The position numbers and the translations under genes are program-made. This document shows, one piece after another, positions 7,614-14,104 of a stretch of 24,000 bases of DNA. The DNA is taken from positions 29,324 through 53,323 of the forward strand of contig DASRQS010000046.1 of NCBI GenBank assembly GCA_035696365.1, read 5' to 3'. Numbering within the stretch: the first letter of the stretch is position 1; every line of letters begins with the position of its first letter. This stretch comes from Gaiellales bacterium. Lineage in GTDB: Bacteria; Actinomycetota; Thermoleophilia; Gaiellales; JALYLC01. The notes under the pieces are model-generated. The model saw nothing but the letters and a program-made list of their open reading frames with translations. It did no database searches and was not told the DNA's origin.

Positions 7614-7982
7614 GACGATGGTGATGCCGCCGCGGGACTTCTGCTGCAGCGTTACGTTCACCCGTTCGGCCGGGAGCTCGAGCACCGCCGCCACGTCGTC
7701 GCGGATGCGCACCGTGAGGGCCTCGCAGAATTGCCCCTCGTTGCGGAACTGCATCAGGTAGAGCTTCACGGACTTCGACTCCAGGCACAGGGCCTTGGGC
7801 CGGTAGGCGATCGTCGCGACGTACATGTCGGGCTGAAGCGTGATCGGGCAGAGCGCCGCGAGCTCGTCGCTCGTCATCTCCACGCGTTCCACGCCGGGGT
7901 TGGGGAACGTCTCCAGGCCGGCGAAGTTCTGCAGGCCGGCATGGCCGAGCGACTCGAACTGGGGCGGCGAGGCTGGCTCCAC
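7602..7982 (-). CDS. queF: QueF-like NADPH-dependent 7-cyano-7-deazaguanine (preQ0) reductase, unimodular type
   Basis: This is the C-terminal part of track ORF 7602..8297, with the start set at in-frame GTG 7982 (126 aa). The longer ORF would overlap the divergent gene. Motifs are LETFPNP, catalytic-Cys context ALCPITLQPD, QueF motif ESKSVKLYL, and RGGI near the C-terminus. The spacing between motifs is identical to Bacillus subtilis QueF as I recall it. Confidence 0.75.
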   Translation of the reverse strand: MEPASPPQFESLGHAGLQNFAGLETFPNPGVERVEMTSDELAALCPITLQPDMYVATIAYRPKALCLESKSVKLYLMQFRNEGQFCEALTVRIRDDVAAVLELPAERVNVTLQQKSRGGITIVAGV

Positions 7983-7988
7983 GGGCCG

Positions 7989-7995
7989 TATTCTA
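7989..7995. promoter_or_regulatory. Overlapping opposite-strand -10-like hexamers in an 18-bp divergent intergenic gap
   Basis: On the plus strand, TATTCT (7989-7994) lies 6 nt before ATG 8001. On the minus strand, TAGAAT (7995->7990) lies 7 nt before GTG 7982. There is no room for a 5' UTR or Shine-Dalgarno sequence on either side. Confidence 0.3.
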
Positions 7996-8000
7996 CGCCG

Positions 8001-8381
8001 ATGCCCCGCCGCGTCTACCTCGCCGGACCGCCCTTCGCCGAGGAGTACCGGCGCCGGGCCGAGCCACTCGTGCGCGCCATCGGCTGGGAACCGGTCGACC
8101 CGATGCGGCGCGATTTCCGGGGCCGGACGGAGGGACGCGAGCAGGAGATCGTGAGCGGCGATCTGGCAGACATCGACTCCTGCGAGGCCGTACTGGCGGC
8201 ATTCACCGCGCCCGACGAGGGCACGTCGATGGAGGCCTGGTACGCGCATGCCGGCGGGAAGTTCGTCGTCGCCTACACCGGTGGCACGCCGACTCATCCC
8301 TGGACGGTCTACGTCGCCGACGTCGTGCGCGCCGACCTGGAAGGCGCCGTCGAGGCGCTGCGGCGCGAGGGCGGCTCGTGA
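8001..8381 (+). CDS. Nucleoside 2-deoxyribosyltransferase-like (NDT/Rcl-fold) protein
   Basis: This is track ORF 7731..8381 trimmed to ATG 8001 (MPRRVYLAGPPFAEEY..., 126 aa). It has the family hallmarks: N-terminal YLAGPxF and the later D..GTSMEAWYA segment (D-x-G-T-x-x-E, acidic catalytic context). Its stop overlaps the next gene's GTG (GTGA at 8378-8381). Confidence 0.65.
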   Translation: MPRRVYLAGPPFAEEYRRRAEPLVRAIGWEPVDPMRRDFRGRTEGREQEIVSGDLADIDSCEAVLAAFTAPDEGTSMEAWYAHAGGKFVVAYTGGTPTHPWTVYVADVVRADLEGAVEALRREGGS

Positions 8382-9523
8382 GCGCCGAGCGCCGCTCGGC
8401 GGTCGTGGTCGGCGCCGGCGCGATGGGCGCGGCAGCAGCGCGCGTGCTGGCCGAGCGCGGCTGGGCCGTAACCCTGCTCGAGCAGCACTCGATCGGTCAT
8501 GACCTCGGCGGCTCGGGGCACGCGACGCGCTCGTTCCGGCTCTCGCATTCCGACGTCGGCGACGTGCGTCTGGCCGTGCGCGCGCTCGAGCTGTGGAACG
8601 ACCTCGAGCGCCGTGGCGGCGAGACCCTGCTCCGGCGCAACGGCCTGCTGCAGCGCGGCTCCGTCGTGCCGCCCATGGCCGCGGCGCTGCGCGAGGCGGG
8701 CGTGCGCTACGACGAGCTCGACCACCGCGACGTCTCCCGGCTCTTCCCCGAGATGCGACCGCAGCCGGACGCGCCTGCGATCTTCCAGCGGGACGGCGCC
8801 GTGATCCTGGCGCACCGGTCGATCTTGCTGCAAGTGCGACTGGCCGTGGCGGCCGGCGCGGTGGTGCACGAAGGCGAGAAGTGCGTCGCGCTCTCGGTGC
8901 AGGGCGATGGCGTGCGCGCCTTCACCAGGCGCCGGCGCCTCGACGCCGACGTCGCCGTGGTGTGCGCGGGCCCCTGGTCGCTGCCGTTGCTGGTCCCCCT
9001 CGGACTGCGCCTGCCGCTCCAGGCCGGGCTCGCGCAAGTTACCTCGTTCCGCAGCCTCCATCCCCGCTGGGAGCAGCGACCCGGCCTGATGGAGCGCACG
9101 GCCGGGCCCGGGGTCTACGGCATGCCGGAGTACGGTCGCGGCTACAAGCTCGGATGGGCGACGATCAACCCGATGACGTTCTGGAAGGCCTCGAAGGTGC
9201 GGCCCTACGACCGCGAGAACGAGCGAGCGCTCGTGGAGCGCGTGCGCGAGGACTTCCCGGGCTTCGACCCGACGCCGCTGCGCCACGAGGCGGGACCCAT
9301 CACGCTGGTGCCCGACGAGCTGTTCGTGATCGACCGCCGCGGGCCGATCGTCGTCGGCGCCGCCTGCATCGGCCATGCGTTCAAGTTCTCGCCTGTGCTC
9401 GGCGAGCTGTTCGCCGATCTCGCCGAGCAGCGGCCCCTGCCGCCCGAGGCGCGGCGCTTCACGCTCGACCGCCCGACGCTGGCGCCGCAGCGCCGCGGCG
9501 GGCGCGTCGCCGTCGGCGCCTGA
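8378..9523 (+). CDS. FAD-dependent oxidoreductase, monomeric sarcosine oxidase / N-methyltryptophan oxidase (MSOX/DAO) family
   Basis: 381 aa. The N-terminus is VVVGAGAMGAAAARVLAERGWAVTLLEQ, followed by GGSGHATRSFRLSH (compare GSSHG.TR in MSOX). The C-terminal AACIGHAFKFSPVLGE places a Cys where MSOX-type enzymes attach FAD covalently. Confidence 0.8.
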   Translation: MSAERRSAVVVGAGAMGAAAARVLAERGWAVTLLEQHSIGHDLGGSGHATRSFRLSHSDVGDVRLAVRALELWNDLERRGGETLLRRNGLLQRGSVVPPMAAALREAGVRYDELDHRDVSRLFPEMRPQPDAPAIFQRDGAVILAHRSILLQVRLAVAAGAVVHEGEKCVALSVQGDGVRAFTRRRRLDADVAVVCAGPWSLPLLVPLGLRLPLQAGLAQVTSFRSLHPRWEQRPGLMERTAGPGVYGMPEYGRGYKLGWATINPMTFWKASKVRPYDRENERALVERVREDFPGFDPTPLRHEAGPITLVPDELFVIDRRGPIVVGAACIGHAFKFSPVLGELFADLAEQRPLPPEARRFTLDRPTLAPQRRGGRVAVGA

Positions 9524-9598
9524 CGCTCCGGTCAGACCCCCGGACACGGACTCTGCGCGCGGGATACAGTCGCCCCTCGTTCGCGAAAAGGAGGGTGT

Positions 9599-11038
9599 AT
9601 GGCGGTGGATCAGGGCGAGCGTCTCGGCAAGGGAAACCTGTCCCTGAAGGACGTCGTCGCACAATCGGTCGGCTACATGGGCCCGGTCTTCTCGGGCACA
9701 TTCTTCATTCCGACGATCGTCGGCTTCTCGGTCACGGGAAGGGGCGCAGGCATCGCGACGCCGTTCGCAATCCTCCTGACCGCGATCGGCATGCTCGGCC
9801 TGGCCTGGATCATCTCGCGCTATGCCAAGCGCATCCACGCCGCCGGGGCGCTCTACGACTACATCAGCGAGGGCTTCGGGCGCCCGTTCGGGCTGCTGGG
9901 AGGCTGGGTGTACTACGGCGGAGCGCTGATGCTCACGCTCGCGATCGGGCTCGCCTTCGGGGGCTTCCTGAGCGGCGTCCTCGCGTCTGTGCACGGGATC
10001 GACATCAACTGGATCTGGTGCACGCTCGGGTTCTGGATCGTCGCCTGGATCATGTCCGTGCTGGGCGTCCGGCTGTCGACGCGCGCACAGCTCGCGCTCG
10101 CGCTCGTGTCGGTCGCGGTCGTCTTCGCGTGGGCGGTCTACGTGATCCTCAAGGGCGGCAGCAACGGCTTCTCACTGCGTCCGTTCAACCCGGCCGAGTC
10201 GTCGTTCTCCGGGATCACCTACGGCATCGTCTACGCGGGGCTGATCTTCGTCGGCTTCGAGTCGGCGGCCAACCTGGCCGAGGAGACGGCGGAGCCGAAA
10301 CGCAACATCCCGCGCGCGATCTTCTACAGCGTCGTGGCCGCCGGCATCTTCTACGTCGTGCTCGCATGGGCGCTGCTGCTGGCCTTCGGCCTCGACGTCG
10401 CCGAGCTGCTGAAGAACTTCCCGCCGCTCTATGCAGCCACCAGCAACCCCGAGTTCGGCGGCCAGCGCTTCGGCGAGCTCATCCAGTGGCTCGTCGTCAT
10501 CGACATTGCAGCGGTGGGGCTGGGCACTGCCACCTCGACGATGCGGGGGGTGTTCGCGCTCGCGCGCGACCGCCATCTGCCGCGGCCGCTGGCCGCGGTG
10601 CACCCGCGCTTCAAGACGCCGTACGTCGCGGCCAGCGTGGTTGCGCTCCTGGCGATCGGCGTCGCGATCGTCGTCCGCGTGAGCGACGGCCTGGCGCCCG
10701 GCACGCCGCAGGATCCGCCCGGCCACTGGTTCCCGATCTTCCAGTTCGGCGCCACCATCGGCGCATTCCTGCTCTTCATCGTCTATCTGCTGATCGCGCT
10801 CACAGGCTTCAGGGGCCAGCCCGGGGAGAACCGCGCGGGCCTGGCGCTCGCAGGACTGCTCGCAGGAGCGACATCCGTCGCAGCCCTGTATGGCGTCGTC
10901 CACAAAGCGCCCTCCACCTACTGGTTCGACAAGATCTGGTGGCTCTCGCTGATCTGGGTCGTGATCGGCATCGGCGTGGTGCTGGTGGCGAGGTCGCGCG
11001 GCAATCTCGCGTCGCACGCGCCCGCGATCCCCGACTAG
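9599..11038 (+). CDS. APC-superfamily amino acid/amine permease
   Basis: 479 aa with about 12 hydrophobic segments. It carries the FVGFESAANLAEE motif typical of APC permeases. A strong Shine-Dalgarno sequence, GGAGGG (9590-9595), precedes the ATG at 9599. Confidence 0.85.
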   Translation: MAVDQGERLGKGNLSLKDVVAQSVGYMGPVFSGTFFIPTIVGFSVTGRGAGIATPFAILLTAIGMLGLAWIISRYAKRIHAAGALYDYISEGFGRPFGLLGGWVYYGGALMLTLAIGLAFGGFLSGVLASVHGIDINWIWCTLGFWIVAWIMSVLGVRLSTRAQLALALVSVAVVFAWAVYVILKGGSNGFSLRPFNPAESSFSGITYGIVYAGLIFVGFESAANLAEETAEPKRNIPRAIFYSVVAAGIFYVVLAWALLLAFGLDVAELLKNFPPLYAATSNPEFGGQRFGELIQWLVVIDIAAVGLGTATSTMRGVFALARDRHLPRPLAAVHPRFKTPYVAASVVALLAIGVAIVVRVSDGLAPGTPQDPPGHWFPIFQFGATIGAFLLFIVYLLIALTGFRGQPGENRAGLALAGLLAGATSVAALYGVVHKAPSTYWFDKIWWLSLIWVVIGIGVVLVARSRGNLASHAPAIPD

Positions 11039-11046
11039 CTCCGCGC

Positions 11047-11126
11047 GTGCACAAACCGGGGTCAGACCCGGTTTGTGCACGCCGCATCCATCGGGGTCGG
11101 CACGAATCATCCGTGCCTGACCCCGG
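11047..11126. repeat. Bipartite palindromic intergenic repeat, copy B (two tandem hairpins between convergent genes; probable bidirectional terminator)
   Basis: Module 1 pairs gtgcacaaaccggg (11047-11060) with cccggtttgtgcac (11067-11080), a perfect 14-bp stem with loop gtcaga. Module 2 pairs cggggtcggcacg (11092-11104) with cgtgcctgaccccg (11112-11125), with one indel. It sits between the permease stop (11038) and the peptidase stop (11128). It shares an identical 19-mer with 20156-20174 and an identical 15-mer with 430-444. Confidence 0.7.
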
Positions 11127-11127
11127 C

Positions 11128-12429
11128 TTATGCGCAGAAGCGCATGGCCGCGAGGGCGATGCGCTGGGCGCAGGCGACGAGGTCGTCGATGGGGACGTAC
11201 TCGTCGGCCGTGTGGGCCCGGTGGACATCGCCCGGGCCGAAGCAGACGGCAGGGATGCCGGCCTCGACCGTCAGCGTCGCCCCGTCGTGCCAGTTGTCGA
11301 GGCCGCCGAGCTCGTGGGGCTGGCCGAGATCGCGGCCGGCGCGCACAAGCGACTGCACGATCGGATCGTCCGTTGCAACCTCGGCGGGCGGCACGCCGCC
11401 CACGCCCCAGGTGATCTCCGGTCGGTGCTCGCGCAGCCAGGGATCCTCGGCGGCCGCCTCGGCGATCCACTCCTCGAACTCCCGCTCCACGAGCGCGCCG
11501 TAGCCGTGCTCGTCGGCCCGGTCGGGGAGGTACTCGATGTGGCACTCGAGCGCACACGCCGCCGGGTAGGTGACGAGCCATTCCCCGCCGGTGATGATCG
11601 TCGGGACGCAATCGCCGGCCGAGAGGTACGGATGCGGGGGCTTTCGCGACCAGTGCTCGCGCAGGCGCTCGACGGCCGCAAGCACGACGGCCATCTTCTC
11701 GATCGCGTTGACGGCGCCGCCGCGCTCGGGCGGGAGCGGCGCGATGCCCGCATGCCCCGCGCGGCCGTGCACCGTGATGCGCGGCAGCAGGCTGCCGCGG
11801 CAGGCCACCCACACCGCAAGGTTGCTCGGCTCCGGCACGATCGCGGCGTCGGCCTGCAGCAGGCGCGCCGCGAACAGCCCACCCGCGCCGGTCGACTCCT
11901 CCTCGGTGACGGTGTTGACGATCAAATCGCCGGCCAGGGGAACGCCGAGCTCGGCCAGCATGCAGGCCGCGACGACCATGCACGCCACTCCGCCCTTCAT
12001 GTCACACGTACCGCGCCCGTAGAGCAGGCCGTCTCGCACGGCCGCCGCGAAGGGGTCGGGCAGCGTCCAGTTCGCACGCGGCTCGACGTCGACCACGTCG
12101 ACATGGCCGTTGAGCAGCAGCGTGCGGCCGTCGCCCGTGCCCCGAAAGCGCGCCACGAGCTGCGGGCGGCCCTCGAACGTCAGCTCCGCGGGCACCATCG
12201 GGTGGGGCCGCAGGGCTGCGGCGTCCGGCTCGTGCAGCGTAACCTCGGCCCCGTGGGCGCGAAGCAGCACCGCCAGGTGCTCCTGCAGTGCTCGCTCCTG
12301 CCGCGGCGGAGCGCCCGGCGCGTAGGTCACCGTGTCGAACGCGACGAGCTCGCGCGTCAGCGCGACGAGAACCTCGCGGCGCGTCGCCACGGCGTCGACC
12401 ACGCACTGTTCCTGGGGCGAGAGAGGCAC
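11128..12429 (-). CDS. M20-family metallopeptidase/deacylase (ArgE/DapE/acetylornithine deacetylase-like)
   Basis: This is the track ORF 11128..12582 frame. Motifs are LLLNGHVDVVDV, LYGRGTCDMKGG and VTEEESTGAGG. I placed the start at in-frame GTG 12429 (VPLSPQEQCVVDAV...). The upstream 51 codons are low-complexity and cover an intergenic palindrome, but the start is not certain. Confidence 0.8.
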   Translation of the reverse strand: MPLSPQEQCVVDAVATRREVLVALTRELVAFDTVTYAPGAPPRQERALQEHLAVLLRAHGAEVTLHEPDAAALRPHPMVPAELTFEGRPQLVARFRGTGDGRTLLLNGHVDVVDVEPRANWTLPDPFAAAVRDGLLYGRGTCDMKGGVACMVVAACMLAELGVPLAGDLIVNTVTEEESTGAGGLFAARLLQADAAIVPEPSNLAVWVACRGSLLPRITVHGRAGHAGIAPLPPERGGAVNAIEKMAVVLAAVERLREHWSRKPPHPYLSAGDCVPTIITGGEWLVTYPAACALECHIEYLPDRADEHGYGALVEREFEEWIAEAAAEDPWLREHRPEITWGVGGVPPAEVATDDPIVQSLVRAGRDLGQPHELGGLDNWHDGATLTVEAGIPAVCFGPGDVHRAHTADEYVPIDDLVACAQRIALAAMRFCA

Positions 12430-12471
12430 TGGGCGATACCGTAGCCAGCGCTCATCGCCGACCCGCCCGCA

Positions 12472-12501
12472 CGGGGCATGGCCCGGATGGGCCATGCCCC
12501 G
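12472..12501. promoter_or_regulatory. Perfect 13-bp inverted repeat in the divergent M20-peptidase / FAD-oxidase intergenic region (candidate operator)
   Basis: cggggcatggccc (12472-12484), ggat, gggccatgccccg (12489-12501). The arms are exact reverse complements. The site lies between the proposed starts at 12429 (-) and 12622 (+). Confidence 0.35.
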
Positions 12502-12621
12502 GTTGCCGCCGAAATGGCCGTCGCGGGCGAAGCGGCCGCCGTCTCCGTACAGCACCATCCATGCAACCCCGGCGGCCCGCAAGTGCCCGCGCCGTCAGAG
12601 TCCACGGATCGGAGAAGCGCA

Positions 12622-14058
12622 GTGAGCCGTCGACAGGAACTGGCCGATTCGCCCGCTTCCGGCGTCACGCAGGCTTCTCTCGAAGCGTTGCGCGCGGCCT
12701 TGGAGGGCGACGTCCTGGTCGCGGGCGACGATGACTACAACGGCGCCCGTTCGGTCTGGAACGCGATGATCGATCGCCGCCCCGCGCTGATCGCCCGCTG
12801 CAAGCGCACACCGGACGTCGTCGCCGCCGTCGACTTCGCGCGCGAGCACCACCTTCCGGCGTCCATCCGCGGCGGCGGCCACAACGTCGCCGGCCACGCC
12901 GTCTGCGACGACGGCGTAATGATCGATCTCTCCTCGATGCGCGGCGTGCGGGTCGAGGAGGAACAGCGGCGAGCGCGGGTCGAGGGCGGCGCGCTCTGGC
13001 GCGACGTCGATCGCGAGACACAGGCGTTCGCGCTCGCGGTGCCCGGCGGGCTGATCTCGGATACCGGCGTGGCAGGACTCACTTTGAGCGGCGGGATCGG
13101 CTGGCTGCGCAGCCGCCACGGGCTCAGCATCGACAACCTGGTGTCGGCAGAGGTCGTGATCGCGGACGGCCGCGTCGTGCGCGCCGGCACCCGCGCGGGC
13201 GAGGATGCAGACCTGCTGTGGGCGCTCAAGGGCGGCGGTGGCAACTTCGGCGTCGTCACGGAGTTCGAGTTCGCGCTCCACACTGTCGGCCCGACGCTGA
13301 TGTTCTGCGCGCCGCTTTACCCGCTCGCCGCCGGCAGCGGGCCGATCCGCTTCTGGCGTGATTTCCTCGCAGACAGGAACGACGACGTCGGCTCGGTCGT
13401 CGAGTTCTCGACGATCCCCCACGATCCCGACTACCCCGAGCAGTACTGGGGCGAGCGGATCTACACCGTGGCCGCCGTGTACGCCGGCGATGCCGACGAG
13501 GGCGAGCGCCTGCTCCAGCCACTGCGCGAGCTGGGCGATCCGGTCATCGACTTCTCCGGCCAGATGAGCTACTGCGACATCCAGCAGTTGTTCGACACGC
13601 TCATGCCGGCAGGCCAGTACCGGGCGTACTGGAAGAGCCATTTCCTGAGCGGCCTGAGCGACGGCGCGGTCGAGTCGATCCTCGAGGGCAACGCTGAGCC
13701 GCCTTCGCCCAGCACGCTTTCGTCGATCTGGAACTTCGGCGGCGCCACGGCGCGCGTCGCGGCCGCGGACTCGGCCTTCGGCGACCGTTCCATGCCGTAC
13801 ATGCTCTCGATCGACTCCGTGTGGGAGGCGCCCGAGGACGACGAGGCCAACATCGCCTGGACGCGGGAGTTCTGGCAGCGCATGGCGCCGCACTCCGATC
13901 GCGGCCGCATCTACCTCAACTTCCCTGGCCTCGGCGAGGAAGGCGAGGATCTCGTTCGCCGCTCCTATGGAGCGAACTACGCGCGGCTCGCCGAGATCAA
14001 GCGCCGCTACGACCCGGACAATCTCTTCCGCTTCAACCAGAACATCAGACCCGAGTAG
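12622..14058 (+). CDS. FAD-linked oxidase, VAO/BBE (berberine-bridge-enzyme-like) family
   Basis: This is track ORF 12478..14058 trimmed to GTG 12622, which is preceded by GGAG (12611-12614). The FAD_binding_4-type motifs are SIRGGGHNVAGHAVCDDGVMIDLSSM and LLWALKGGGGNFGVVTEFEF. The C-terminal BBE-type motif is YLNFPG...YGANYARLAEIKRRYDPDNLFRFNQNI. Confidence 0.85.
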   Translation: MSRRQELADSPASGVTQASLEALRAALEGDVLVAGDDDYNGARSVWNAMIDRRPALIARCKRTPDVVAAVDFAREHHLPASIRGGGHNVAGHAVCDDGVMIDLSSMRGVRVEEEQRRARVEGGALWRDVDRETQAFALAVPGGLISDTGVAGLTLSGGIGWLRSRHGLSIDNLVSAEVVIADGRVVRAGTRAGEDADLLWALKGGGGNFGVVTEFEFALHTVGPTLMFCAPLYPLAAGSGPIRFWRDFLADRNDDVGSVVEFSTIPHDPDYPEQYWGERIYTVAAVYAGDADEGERLLQPLRELGDPVIDFSGQMSYCDIQQLFDTLMPAGQYRAYWKSHFLSGLSDGAVESILEGNAEPPSPSTLSSIWNFGGATARVAAADSAFGDRSMPYMLSIDSVWEAPEDDEANIAWTREFWQRMAPHSDRGRIYLNFPGLGEEGEDLVRRSYGANYARLAEIKRRYDPDNLFRFNQNIRPE

Positions 14059-14091
14059 CTCCGGCGCCTGCTTTCGGCCCGCGCGGAGGTC

Positions 14092-14097
14092 TATAGT
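14092..14097 (+). promoter_or_regulatory. Candidate -10 hexamer TATAGT, 7 nt upstream of the LuxR-family GTG (leaderless-type geometry)
   Basis: TATAGT (14092-14097) is followed by cactcgc and then GTG at 14105. There is no Shine-Dalgarno sequence. Confidence 0.35.
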
Positions 14098-14104
14098 CAC
14101 TCGC

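Noticed and set aside
7983-8000. Possible preQ1 riboswitch upstream of the QueF-like gene
   Set aside because: Only 18 nt separate the gene from its divergent neighbour. There is no room for an aptamer, and no preQ1-type pseudoknot sequence is visible.
7983-8297. Upstream extensions of real genes suggested by the ORF track: the QueF-like ORF back to 8297, and likewise 387-476, 7731-8000, 12430-12582, 12478-12621, 13967-14104, 15648-15683 and 21460-21963
   Set aside because: The extensions overlap neighbouring genes or intergenic repeats and translate to low-complexity sequence. They also precede internal start codons that have either a -10-like hexamer at leaderless spacing or a Shine-Dalgarno sequence. 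The start positions remain inferences.
8593-12444. 1283-aa plus-strand ORF spanning four gene positions
   Set aside because: It crosses the flavoenzyme, the permease, an intergenic repeat and the antisense of the peptidase, all in one frame. Its composition is dominated by R/A/G/P, and it has no domain signatures. It is a shadow ORF.
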